Virus record (IMG/VR): IMGVR_UViG_3300042510_000134
Coordinates: 1 to 41,024 of that record
Strand: one strand, 5' to 3'
Origin: a virus
Taxonomy: Duplodnaviria > Caudoviricetes
Length of the DNA: 41,024 bases
The notes beneath the pieces are model-generated. The model searched no databases. It was not told the DNA's origin and worked only from the letters and a program-made list of their open reading frames with translations. The translations under genes were made by a program, and so were the position numbers. Of this stretch, positions 15,123 through 25,079 are shown piece after piece. The first letter of the stretch is position 1; the number at the start of each line of letters is the position of its first letter.

Positions 15123-15593
15123 TTAGGAATTGCGTAGAAGATGGATTAATTCATCCATCGAACCCGCGTTATCTAAACGCGTGTTCATATCTACGGCTTT
15201 GTCTGGAGTCATACCGCCTTGGGTTAAGATATCTTGCTGACGTAATGTCGCAAGGTCTTTCTGCGTATCTTCATTTTGAGTTTCTGGGGTATAGCCGATT
15301 AAATCTCCGTTATCACGGAGCCAAGAATCAATAGATTCCTCTGTGGCATCCTCTACATCTTTCAAAATAAGGCGTGCAGCCTTAGCGTTTACTCCTTTTT
15401 TAGCCAGGACTTCGGAGACAGTTTGATGCCGTTTTTCCTTGACGAATCCTTCAAGTTGTTCGGTGAGTTCCTTGATACGCTTCTCATCAGCACGTTTGGC
15501 TTTCCTTAGTCTTTTGACTAAAGCATCGCCATCTAGTTGATGTTCAGGTACTTCTACCTCTTCTTCTTCGTCATCCCAGTAGTTGTTGCTCAT
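15123..15593 (-). CDS. Capsid scaffolding protein
   Basis: Acidic N-terminus and coiled coil; immediately upstream of the capsid gene. Confidence 0.7.
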   Translation of the reverse strand: MSNNYWDDEEEEVEVPEHQLDGDALVKRLRKAKRADEKRIKELTEQLEGFVKEKRHQTVSEVLAKKGVNAKAARLILKDVEDATEESIDSWLRDNGDLIGYTPETQNEDTQKDLATLRQQDILTQGGMTPDKAVDMNTRLDNAGSMDELIHLLRNS

Positions 15594-15602
15594 AGCAACC
15601 AC

Positions 15603-15712
15603 CCTTTCTATTCGTTGTTAGTCGCAAGCCACAGTTCTGCTCAGGGGAGGGCAGGCTGGCTCTTGCTACCAGTCTTATACACTGCACGGGGCTGGTCGGT
15701 CCGTGTCAGGAA
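15603..15712 (-). promoter_or_regulatory. Structured leader / promoter region of the scaffold-capsid operon
   Basis: Two GC-rich hairpins separated by GTGTATAAG in one of the few sizeable gaps of the late arm. Confidence 0.4.
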
Positions 15713-15713
15713 T

Positions 15714-17165
15714 CTAGTATGTACCGCCTAGTTCGCGGCTTAATGAAAGATTACGAGCAGCACCTGCGCTGCCACCAAATCTGCCAAGTTCTTTTTGTTT
15801 TAATAAATCTAACTTACGTTGTTCTGATGCTAGATTTTTAAGCAATGCACCTTCTGCAACTTGTTGATTAACTTGATTATCTTTTGTAGGGTCAAGTCCT
15901 GAAAGTAAATCTATTCGTGGTTTATCATAAGCATAAGCAGAATAAGCCTTCTCTGCTTCTTCTTCAGTAACTCCTAAACCAACCAATTCTTCTGCTGTAG
16001 CCACATTAGTAACTAATCCTTGACGAACAGCAGCAGCGCCAACTTGTGCAGCACGAATTTTAGTTTCAAGTTTAGGTAAAGTTTCTTTAGGATTAAGAAA
16101 ATAAGATACAAGGTCTTTATCTGTTAACATAGGATAAAGTTCTTTCATAGTAGCCTTTGTTATAGCATCTTCTTGTGATGCTAAAACTGCCAACTGAACA
16201 CGACCCTTAATCTCATCTGGTGATTTAGTACCACCTATAAACTCAGCATACTTTGCTTGCCGTGCAGCCCTAGTATTACCTGCTGCTTCTTCTACACCAT
16301 AAGATGTAAATATCTGGTCATAGGCATTTTCTAAATCTAAATAAGTAGCCTCATCATAAACATTTAAACCAGCATCTAAACGTAGTTTATTGCCAGCAAA
16401 ACGCTTTAAATACTCAGGGGTTTCTCTAAGTCTAAGAACTACTTCTTCTGGAGAACTACCTGTAAGAATAAGATTTTTAACTGAATCTATAAGACTGCTT
16501 AAGCCATACTTATCAAATTCTTTTTTAAGAATTCCAAAAGCAGATTCTCGTTTTGACTGAAGTTCTGCAGCAGCCTGGGCTTTATTAAATGCTAATAAAG
16601 CATCAATTGATGCAGTATTCCCAGTATTGCCAGAACCAAAATTGCCAGAACCAAAACTTCCATCACCAAATTTAGTGCCATCGCCGTAATCAATATCGCT
16701 GCCGAATTGAAATCCTTTTACTTTTTTCCAACGACCTTCTTTAACATTATATGACCAAAAGTTACCTTCACCTGGGTCTTCCGTTGGTTTATCTTCATAA
16801 CGTCTTTGTTCTTCTTGGGCCTGTTGATTTTCTCGAAGAATTTTTAATTGGTCTATTTTTGATACATCAGTTAAGTCTGTCAAAGTCGTAAGAGAATTTT
16901 GCGCTGATTCAAGAGCAGCCTTTGCAGCAGTTAGTTCTGCTTGTGAAGCCTTAGAAGGATTATCTGCACGGTTTTTTTCCGCATCAGCAACTCTTTCTTC
17001 TGCTTTACTTAATTGATTTTCAAAATATTCTTCTATACCTTGGGCTCCAGGACGGGCTTGGTCTGCTTCAAATTCCTCAAAGGTTTGAGGTATTATGCTT
17101 GGGTCTACGCCTTCGCCTTCAACAAGTCTAGTACGTCCTTGACGAAATAATTTTTTTTCAGCCAT
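15714..17165 (-). CDS. Putative internal virion (ejection) protein
   Basis: 483 aa, largely helical, in the block between portal and scaffold. Confidence 0.45.
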   Translation of the reverse strand: MAEKKLFRQGRTRLVEGEGVDPSIIPQTFEEFEADQARPGAQGIEEYFENQLSKAEERVADAEKNRADNPSKASQAELTAAKAALESAQNSLTTLTDLTDVSKIDQLKILRENQQAQEEQRRYEDKPTEDPGEGNFWSYNVKEGRWKKVKGFQFGSDIDYGDGTKFGDGSFGSGNFGSGNTGNTASIDALLAFNKAQAAAELQSKRESAFGILKKEFDKYGLSSLIDSVKNLILTGSSPEEVVLRLRETPEYLKRFAGNKLRLDAGLNVYDEATYLDLENAYDQIFTSYGVEEAAGNTRAARQAKYAEFIGGTKSPDEIKGRVQLAVLASQEDAITKATMKELYPMLTDKDLVSYFLNPKETLPKLETKIRAAQVGAAAVRQGLVTNVATAEELVGLGVTEEEAEKAYSAYAYDKPRIDLLSGLDPTKDNQVNQQVAEGALLKNLASEQRKLDLLKQKELGRFGGSAGAARNLSLSRELGGTY

Positions 17166-17167
17166 TG

Positions 17168-18166
17168 CTACCCCGTAAATCCAAAGTCTTTAAGGATTTT
17201 ATATGTATTTGCATAAACATCCTCTCTTGCTGTTTCGGTAAATTCCCAGCGCTTATCAGCGCGGAGACGTTTCTTCCAATCAAATAAATTTAATTGCCCA
17301 TCTTGACTAATAGCACTACGCAATAAAGGGTCATTAAGTTGTATTTCTTCTGGACTAATTTCTAACGTAGATGCCATTAATGTTTTATATGGCTGGTAGA
17401 TTTCTTTTAAGGTTAATCCTCGTTTAACTAAATCCCCAGTAACTTTACCTTCTGTCGCTGCTATGTTATCTCTAATAAGGTCTTTAAATACTTGAACAGA
17501 CTCACCACGGTCTAGCCTCTGAAGCCAATCAGATAAAGAAGATTTATAATCTCTTTCAAGGTTAAGGCCCATATCTGCAGCATATTCACGTAAGGTTGCA
17601 ATATTATCTGCAGCAGCACCAGCAGGTGCATCTGCTCCAAAAGTAATCTTTCGGTTTAAAAATCTACTTATAAAATTTGTATTTTTTTCATTAGCGTTTT
17701 TATAAATTTCTTCTGCCCAAGAGGACAATTGTCCTGGGGTATATTTAATACCTTTTTCAGTAAGAGTTTGTTCTAACTCTGCCTCAAAAGAATCTAACCC
17801 TCTAAAGTACTCGGTATCACCAGCAACTTTTCTTGCATTTTCTTTATAGTTTGGGTCTTTGCGGTCTAAACCTTTAGTTAAATCTTCATAGATACGTTTA
17901 TAAAATCCACGTTTTTGAACTGATTCAGCATTACTTTTAAACCAATTAGTAAGTGTTACAGCATTATAAAAACGTTGAGGAGTAAACTTGCCTTGGAAAG
18001 CATCTACTAATAGTTTTTGCAGTTCAGGGTCAGTAGCAAAAATATCATCAATATCGCCATACTCTTCTTCTACAAGACGAAAGATTTCTTCAATAGTTTT
18101 ATTAGCAACACCACCTAATGTGCCACCATCATCTACAAGAATTCCACTTTCTTTTATTTCAGCCAC
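17168..18166 (-). CDS. Putative internal virion protein
   Basis: 332 aa helical ORF in the same block. Confidence 0.45.
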   Translation of the reverse strand: MAEIKESGILVDDGGTLGGVANKTIEEIFRLVEEEYGDIDDIFATDPELQKLLVDAFQGKFTPQRFYNAVTLTNWFKSNAESVQKRGFYKRIYEDLTKGLDRKDPNYKENARKVAGDTEYFRGLDSFEAELEQTLTEKGIKYTPGQLSSWAEEIYKNANEKNTNFISRFLNRKITFGADAPAGAAADNIATLREYAADMGLNLERDYKSSLSDWLQRLDRGESVQVFKDLIRDNIAATEGKVTGDLVKRGLTLKEIYQPYKTLMASTLEISPEEIQLNDPLLRSAISQDGQLNLFDWKKRLRADKRWEFTETAREDVYANTYKILKDFGFTG

Positions 18167-19215
18167 TACTTAACTCCTATCGCTTGTTTAAAGGCATCGT
18201 AGTAACTTAAAATTCTTGTTGCTTTTGCTTCATCTTTTTGAGATAGTTTTTCAATTAAAAATTGTTGTTCGTTAATGCCAGTCTTAGTTTTAGTAGCAAC
18301 AGTTTTGCCTTCAGCATCTGTTGTAGTGCTAGTAAGTTGCGGATTTTTTCTTTGTTTCTTTTGAACTAACGGAACTAACTTTTCGTATTCTTCATCAGAT
18401 GCGCCTCTGCCCATAAGATTTGTAATAACATCGTTAATTAAAGCCCTTGCATCTGTGTCACTAAACTCTGTAATTTGAGATGTAGTTCTAGTTCCCGCAA
18501 GACTTTTAGCACTACCTTTCTTTAATCCTAGCCAATCATCAAAAGTAGAAAACTCTTTAATTTGTTTAGCCTTATAGGCTTCTACTTGGTCTACTGTATA
18601 TTGACCAGCAGCAGCATCAAGGGCTTCTAACATAGCATCTGTAGGAACATTTTTATTAGTAGTTAAATAACCAGCCTGATAAAGACGGTCTACAATTGCT
18701 TCACGGTTGCCATATTTTTTGTATAAATCTGCTAAGTGTTTATCTCTAGCAGCATCTGTTTTATCAAATGTAAACTCTGGTCCAACTATACCTGCTCTAG
18801 CATCGTCTGGGCTAAGAGATACTTTACCTCTGCCATCTACATAAAGATAAGATTTATAAGTAACTGGGTCGCCCTTAGGGTCTTTAGGGTTAGGTACAGT
18901 AAAGTTAACTACTGGACCGCTAGAATCCATAGTTATAGTAGCGGTTTGAACCGCATTATCTACTGCTATTTGGTCATTAGTTTTACCTTGGTATTTAGGA
19001 CCTGCTCCACCTCCGCCAAGGTCTTTTTCTTTGTAGGTTTTTGTTCCGCTAGACCAATCATTATAAGAAATTTGATTAGGCTTTAAATCGCCTCGTTTTA
19101 TAACACGCCATTCTTTTTTCTCTGTATCAAAAATAAGATTCCAATTACCAGGACCTAATCGCTGCCAAGAAAGTTGAGTTTCTTTAGAAGGTGCTGGTAT
19201 TTTATTTTCAGCCAT
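18166..19215 (-). CDS. Putative internal virion protein
   Basis: 349 aa ORF in the same block. Confidence 0.45.
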   Translation of the reverse strand: MAENKIPAPSKETQLSWQRLGPGNWNLIFDTEKKEWRVIKRGDLKPNQISYNDWSSGTKTYKEKDLGGGGAGPKYQGKTNDQIAVDNAVQTATITMDSSGPVVNFTVPNPKDPKGDPVTYKSYLYVDGRGKVSLSPDDARAGIVGPEFTFDKTDAARDKHLADLYKKYGNREAIVDRLYQAGYLTTNKNVPTDAMLEALDAAAGQYTVDQVEAYKAKQIKEFSTFDDWLGLKKGSAKSLAGTRTTSQITEFSDTDARALINDVITNLMGRGASDEEYEKLVPLVQKKQRKNPQLTSTTTDAEGKTVATKTKTGINEQQFLIEKLSQKDEAKATRILSYYDAFKQAIGVK

Positions 19216-22200
19216 TATGGAACCGCCTTATAGGAATCACGAGAGTAGTATGAAAGTAAAGACCTAAACACTGCACGAGATGCTTCACGCACAGCAAAAT
19301 CACCAGAACCTAAATCAGATAAAATACGCTCTACATTTTGACGGTATTCGCGTTTTAAAGCAGAAGCATTATATAACGCTCTTACATCTGGGCTTTCAGA
19401 AAAAGCCAAGAAATCATCCACTGCTTGTAGTGCAGTTCGCATACGTAATCTTGAAGCCTCATCTATCGGGGCATTAACATCATTTATCATCTCACGAATT
19501 GTTCTCATCATAGATTGCTCAGTAGCAATTTCATTACCACCGCCAGTAATAGCCTCTAATAGCAATGGGTTAGAATCAATTAAACCAGCGCGTGCTGCAG
19601 TAGAAGCATCAATAATAAATCTACGTTCTGAAATACTGCCTTCGCTGGCTAGTTTTTCCCGCTCCCAAGAAGCAACATCATAGTAACGTTGTTTATCTTC
19701 TGCTACTTGCACATCATCAAAATACTTTTCTAAATCTTTGTCCTTAACTAAATCATTAGCCTGCATCCAGTTATAGGCTGCTGCATTAAACTCGCCAGTG
19801 CGAGGAGCAAATATATAGGCTGCTTCTCCATACGTTTTAATTAACTTACGATTTTCTAAAGCCCAATTTTTCATCTCATCTGTAGACTTAATAAGAACTT
19901 TAGTTTGATTCTCATTACGAGATACAGTATAAACAATCTTTCCAGGATACTGACCAGTAAATATACTCAATGCCATTTCAAATGGGTCTTGAATATCACT
20001 GCCGTATTTTGTTTGTATTTTTTCTAATATATCGAAAAATTCTGGGCGTAATCCATTTATACCTACATCTAATAAATAGTCTGGAACTCCTTGGCTCTCT
20101 TGAACAGAAGGAGCAATTGGTGAAACCAAACCTAAAGCAGAACGCATAAACAATACATTGTGTGCGCTGATTCTAATATTTTTTAAATAGTCAGCCTTTT
20201 CTTGATTAGAAGCATTAGGGTTTAAATAAATACCATTGGCTGCATTGTATGCAATTGCTTGCATAGCAGCAGTAACTTCTTGTCTATCTTTTTCATTAGG
20301 GTCTATCATTGTATAAAGTTTTGCTAAAGTACTTGGAACTATAGCCCTGCGAACTGTAATGTTGTCGCCAATTGAACCTAATGCAAAGTTGTCAATATTC
20401 TCAGCAGTTTTTTGTGCTATTGGATTATCAAAATTACCTAAGAAATTTTTAATTCCTATAACTCCAAGTGCTGCAATAGGACCGCTAAACTGTGGCACAC
20501 CTGCTTCTGGGGCAAAAGAAGGGTTAGCAAATTCTAGTTTAAAAGTAAAATCGTTAAACAATGGTTGTTTGTATAATGAATCCGATTGTCCCGTTAAAGC
20601 ACGAAGGGTAGTGTCTGTTGCCTTAAAGATAACATTATCCATAGGCATCATTACATATTTCTTGCCATCAGCATCTTCATATACATCACCACTTGCATTA
20701 AGTCCGATGTGGGCTAAACGCATACGATAAAGCATTTGTGGTGTAACATCTTTAAGACGGTATACACGGCGATAAAAATCTTCAGTAGCCCTATAAAAAC
20801 GACCAACTGTACGAACCGATAAAGCAAAGTTACTTCGAATTGAAGGGTTATCAGCAAACTTAAGAACTTGGTCTACTGCTTCATTCATTCCTATTTCAGC
20901 AAAACGCTTCTGCCCTAAAAGTTCGGCTCTTCTCTCAAGCATAGTACTTGCATCAGGAGTTTTATATTTATCTGGAAAAGCAGCCTTTTGTTTAGCAACA
21001 TATTGGCTAACCCATTCACGCTGTAAACCAGAATATGCTTTACGATACTTTAAATAAGTAACAGAAACAATAGGTTGACGAAGAATAGAAGTTAGTTGCC
21101 TATCCATCATCTCCATTAAGTTATTTCCTACAGCGCGAAACGCTGAAGGAAAATCAGTAAACTCTTGAAAATCAATACGAGTATTAATAAAACCATCTAA
21201 AGAAAAACCTTTTGTTAAGTCATCAAATTCATCTATGTTTACAGATGCTGCAGACTTCTGCCATAGGCTAGTTTCTGTTTCAAATGTAGGTATAATTGCG
21301 CCCTTAAGTTGTCTGCGTTCTTCTACCTTCATTAAAAGATTATCGTGCTTATCCCTTATAGCATTAAATAAACCTTCGTTATAGCGACCAAAATCAGAAG
21401 TACCGTGAAAAGTATTACGCATATCAATTAACATACCTTCAGCGTAAATACGAACTATTTCTTCATCAGGCAATCCTTGCTGACGATAAGTAACGGTATC
21501 ACCAAAATATGACAAAAACTTTTGAATAGATGGCTCGGCGCCTTTTTTAATGCGGTATGCGTTTCCAACAAACTCTACGCCTACGCTTTGCATAATTTGC
21601 CCAACGCCTCTTTTTAAATCTTCAGGTGTTTTAAGAGCACGATTTTGAAAAAATACAGTAGCAGGTGCAACCTTAAAGCCATCTACTAATTCTAAAGCGC
21701 CGTGTTGACGAGGTACTGCAAAACGAATAAACCAGTTATCAAAATGAGCAATGGTTAAATATAATGGGTCTGTCTTTCTTAACTCATCAATCTCTATTTT
21801 TTTATAGTCACCATATTTTAAAGTATCTTTTTTGCCAAGCCTACCTGCCTCGCGCAATCTATCGGAAACTATATTCAAGGCACGAGTTAACTCAGATATG
21901 TTTATTTGACCCGTTGTAAAGGGTTCATCTAATTTTCCGCTAATAGTTTTAGTAGCAACAGAAGATGCCATTGCGCCTAAAGTATCTGGATGATGAATCA
22001 TTAACTCTGTCCACCAGCCTTTATCTTCATCGCTCAAGCCTTTAAGAAAAATAGATGCACGCTCAGCAACTTTTTTATTTAATGCAACGTGCATTATTTC
22101 AGAAGGCGCTAAAGCCAAGTCGTTAGATAGTTTATTAAGGTCATTTAACTCAGTCACAAGATTATCTAACAAAGTATTACGTTCTGCTAAAGAAATTTCA

Positions 22201-24398
22201 CTAACAGGAACTTTTGCTCCTACTAATTTTCGGAATTTATCTGTAATTAAAGGTGTAGCATCGGGTGAGCCAGTATAAGCAGTAGTGCTTCGACCAAATT
22301 TTCTTCCTGTTCCTTTAGCATAATTTAATATGTCTTTAGCAGGAGCAGAAATTGCGTACATAAAACCTTCGTCAATTGCTGAACGAATACCTAAACGTGG
22401 AAAAAGAGTAAAAATAGACCAAAAATCTACAAAATTACGGGCTAAACGATTTTGAGTAGCACCACCTATTGCATAAATAAGGCTTTGTTTAGATTTTACT
22501 TGATATGCAACTGAAGCAATTTCTTCATAAGGTAATGGCGCTATTGCACTGGCTAACTGTGATGGTTGAATAGCACCAGAACGAAGCAATTCTGACTGCC
22601 CATTTTGGACACGCACAGTATGTGGGCTAAGTAATTTAGCAATATCATCAGAAATAGCAGTTCTTGAAGTAGTTGTAAAGCCAGCCTTTTCATTTAAAGT
22701 TTTTGCTAAAATTTCTTCCATAAATTCATTACCCATAGGATTGCCGTGTAATCCAGAACGCATCATAATGGCGCCATATAGGTTGCGTATAATAACAACC
22801 TGTTCATCTTCACTAGATTTTAAAAACTTCTGTGTTGTAAACTCTGCTAAATCTCTGCTTAAAACTTGTCTTGCCATAACACGGAAAGTGTCTGCTGTTT
22901 TAATAGCATTATCACCGACCATAATAAATTGTCCGCCTGGATTACGTGCTCCAAGTCTTCCAATGCCTAGTAACATCTTACGAAATTTAGAAACATCTTT
23001 CTCAATATCTAAAAGTTGATTAATTGCTGGGTTAACAGCCTTATCTATTTCTTCCCCGCTTTTAGATAGAATTTTAATTACTTCTTCGCCTTTTGCGTTT
23101 AACTCATCTGTTGTTTTACGAACAGATAAAGCAGAACCTGTAGTTGCATTAAAGACATCGTCTAATATTTTGTTAAAGCCATAGGTTAAACGGCGTTGAT
23201 TACGGGCTGTAGCAACACCATTGCGCTTAAAAGAAATACCATCAAGACGTCCTGATAAAAGAAGCATTGTGTTTTCAGCATCAGAAAATACTTCTTGGGC
23301 TTTTTCAGCATTAAACATTTTATTGCGAACAAAAAAATCAATTGCTTCATCATTGTTATAACCTGTATAACGGCGACCAATGTATTTACGAACGACTGCT
23401 CTTTGAGCATCATCGGTAGCATCGGCTAAACGCTTTAAGTCTTTACCTAATTGCTCATCCCATAATTTGCGAACACCGTCATCTTGAAACACACGGGCTA
23501 CTGCTGCGCCAGAAGAATCCCCAGCGTTCATCATCTTAGTAGCCATATCTGCTAGTTGGCTACCACGAGTAATAGCCTTAGATGTTCCACCAGTAATCCA
23601 AGTTAATGGGTCAATAATAATCTGATACATAAAATCAATAGCACCAGAAACATTTTTAGTTGTGCCATCAATGTAATCGCCAGAAGGTCCACCATTTTTA
23701 GGTGGTTTAGTATCAAACATACGAACAAAATCTCTACCAGGAGATACTTGTGCGTATTTAGTTGCATCCATTACTTGCTTAAAACTATCAGGGTCATTAA
23801 ATGCTTCAGTAACTGCACTAACAATACCTGGGGTTAAACTTCCATAGGCTTCTAGTATTTCGCCTGGGCGCCTACCTTGTAGCAATTGCTTAGCAACAAA
23901 TACTTTTTCTTTACCAAAATTATCTATAGTTTCTGCTAAAGCACCATTGTCATAAATGTCTCTGCCGTCCCAAGCATCAGACCAAACTTTTGCATCAAAG
24001 ATTTCTTCGCCTTGAGCAATCTGGCGAGTAACCAAATAAGGTGTATTTATTATACGATTGTAACCACCAGCAACTTTAAATAATGAAATGAGTGGGCTTG
24101 CTGCAACTTTACCTACAAATTTAAGTGCACCAACTGCTCTATCAGAAAAAGTTGGGGGCTTTTTCATATATTCAGAATTACTATAAAAAAACTTAAGAGT
24201 TTCTTGAATGTCTGGGTCTAATGAATCATATCTTTTTCGTGCTTCTTCTACTGGCAAACGATTTAGTTCACGATTTTTTTTAATCGCCCAACTCATTTGC
24301 TCAATCTGATTACCTTCTCCAGGCGTCAGATTTGCTCTTAAAGCAGCCGAATATAAATTTGGATTTACCTCTGCCACAACTGGTGCGACATAGCGCAT
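19215..24398 (-). CDS. Large internal virion / DNA ejection protein (1727 aa)
   Basis: Size, helical composition and position are typical of podovirus ejectosome proteins; no tape-measure periodicity seen. Confidence 0.55.
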   Translation of the reverse strand: MRYVAPVVAEVNPNLYSAALRANLTPGEGNQIEQMSWAIKKNRELNRLPVEEARKRYDSLDPDIQETLKFFYSNSEYMKKPPTFSDRAVGALKFVGKVAASPLISLFKVAGGYNRIINTPYLVTRQIAQGEEIFDAKVWSDAWDGRDIYDNGALAETIDNFGKEKVFVAKQLLQGRRPGEILEAYGSLTPGIVSAVTEAFNDPDSFKQVMDATKYAQVSPGRDFVRMFDTKPPKNGGPSGDYIDGTTKNVSGAIDFMYQIIIDPLTWITGGTSKAITRGSQLADMATKMMNAGDSSGAAVARVFQDDGVRKLWDEQLGKDLKRLADATDDAQRAVVRKYIGRRYTGYNNDEAIDFFVRNKMFNAEKAQEVFSDAENTMLLLSGRLDGISFKRNGVATARNQRRLTYGFNKILDDVFNATTGSALSVRKTTDELNAKGEEVIKILSKSGEEIDKAVNPAINQLLDIEKDVSKFRKMLLGIGRLGARNPGGQFIMVGDNAIKTADTFRVMARQVLSRDLAEFTTQKFLKSSEDEQVVIIRNLYGAIMMRSGLHGNPMGNEFMEEILAKTLNEKAGFTTTSRTAISDDIAKLLSPHTVRVQNGQSELLRSGAIQPSQLASAIAPLPYEEIASVAYQVKSKQSLIYAIGGATQNRLARNFVDFWSIFTLFPRLGIRSAIDEGFMYAISAPAKDILNYAKGTGRKFGRSTTAYTGSPDATPLITDKFRKLVGAKVPVSEISLAERNTLLDNLVTELNDLNKLSNDLALAPSEIMHVALNKKVAERASIFLKGLSDEDKGWWTELMIHHPDTLGAMASSVATKTISGKLDEPFTTGQINISELTRALNIVSDRLREAGRLGKKDTLKYGDYKKIEIDELRKTDPLYLTIAHFDNWFIRFAVPRQHGALELVDGFKVAPATVFFQNRALKTPEDLKRGVGQIMQSVGVEFVGNAYRIKKGAEPSIQKFLSYFGDTVTYRQQGLPDEEIVRIYAEGMLIDMRNTFHGTSDFGRYNEGLFNAIRDKHDNLLMKVEERRQLKGAIIPTFETETSLWQKSAASVNIDEFDDLTKGFSLDGFINTRIDFQEFTDFPSAFRAVGNNLMEMMDRQLTSILRQPIVSVTYLKYRKAYSGLQREWVSQYVAKQKAAFPDKYKTPDASTMLERRAELLGQKRFAEIGMNEAVDQVLKFADNPSIRSNFALSVRTVGRFYRATEDFYRRVYRLKDVTPQMLYRMRLAHIGLNASGDVYEDADGKKYVMMPMDNVIFKATDTTLRALTGQSDSLYKQPLFNDFTFKLEFANPSFAPEAGVPQFSGPIAALGVIGIKNFLGNFDNPIAQKTAENIDNFALGSIGDNITVRRAIVPSTLAKLYTMIDPNEKDRQEVTAAMQAIAYNAANGIYLNPNASNQEKADYLKNIRISAHNVLFMRSALGLVSPIAPSVQESQGVPDYLLDVGINGLRPEFFDILEKIQTKYGSDIQDPFEMALSIFTGQYPGKIVYTVSRNENQTKVLIKSTDEMKNWALENRKLIKTYGEAAYIFAPRTGEFNAAAYNWMQANDLVKDKDLEKYFDDVQVAEDKQRYYDVASWEREKLASEGSISERRFIIDASTAARAGLIDSNPLLLEAITGGGNEIATEQSMMRTIREMINDVNAPIDEASRLRMRTALQAVDDFLAFSESPDVRALYNASALKREYRQNVERILSDLGSGDFAVREASRAVFRSLLSYYSRDSYKAVP

Positions 24399-24823
24399 TA
24401 GGACATACCGCCGTCTAATTTAGAACGCAAAATTAACTCTACTTCTCCAGAGTCATCAAACTGAACTAACTTTTGTAGCGTAGCCATAAGGCTTGGTTTA
24501 GTGACAGGCAAATCCATAGAAAATGCCGCAGAACCAATACCAGGACCGCGGTCAATACCAGCAGTACCAGGCTCTTCAGGGCGCCCAGTTGGCGCATCTA
24601 GAGTTAATGGTATTTGTTGAACCATCCCACCAGTTGGATTGCCTTGCATTTTTGCTCTAGTTTGATTTTCGTAAACTTCTTTACTTGTAGTTGTGCCATC
24701 GCGCATACCTGGAATATAACGAGCAGGTTGAGTTGCTCTACCGCTTTGTCCATTACCGCCAGTTGCTGAAACATTAGATGGACTATTCTGTGGTGCTGAT
24801 GGTCTATAACCGCCTCTTGGCAT
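24398..24823 (-). CDS. Hypothetical Pro/Gly-rich protein
   Basis: 141 aa, MPRGGYRP start, coupled to neighbours. Confidence 0.55.
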   Translation of the reverse strand: MPRGGYRPSAPQNSPSNVSATGGNGQSGRATQPARYIPGMRDGTTTSKEVYENQTRAKMQGNPTGGMVQQIPLTLDAPTGRPEEPGTAGIDRGPGIGSAAFSMDLPVTKPSLMATLQKLVQFDDSGEVELILRSKLDGGMS

Positions 24824-25077
24824 TAGTCTTCATCCTCTTCATCTAAATATTTCTTTAACTCTTCATCGGTAGGCGCTTTATACGCTACCCAACTTGGGTA
24901 AGAAGATTTTTCCATTACAAAACTTAACGCTAACTCGCTTTTAAATCCTGCCTTAAGCAAAGACTTATAGTATTCATTAAGCCAAATACAATACATTTCT
25001 AACTCTGTATATTGTTCATTTTCTACTGTGCGTGGCTTACGGATTCGTGGTTGTGGTTTTTTCTTACGTTGTGCCAT
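24823..25077 (-). CDS. Hypothetical protein
   Basis: 84 aa; basic N-terminus, YYKSLLKAGF..ELAL motif, acidic tail; SD GGAGG. Confidence 0.6.
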   Translation of the reverse strand: MAQRKKKPQPRIRKPRTVENEQYTELEMYCIWLNEYYKSLLKAGFKSELALSFVMEKSSYPSWVAYKAPTDEELKKYLDEEDED

Positions 25078-25079
25078 AA

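Noticed and set aside
16620-16700. Short GSGNF/GDG repeat in the 483 aa protein
   Set aside because: Low-complexity linker of a few units; no further signal.
19215-24398. Calling the 1727 aa protein a virion RNA polymerase or tape measure
   Set aside because: No DxDGD or T7-type catalytic motifs recognised, no tape-measure repeats, and no tail tube or chaperone genes.
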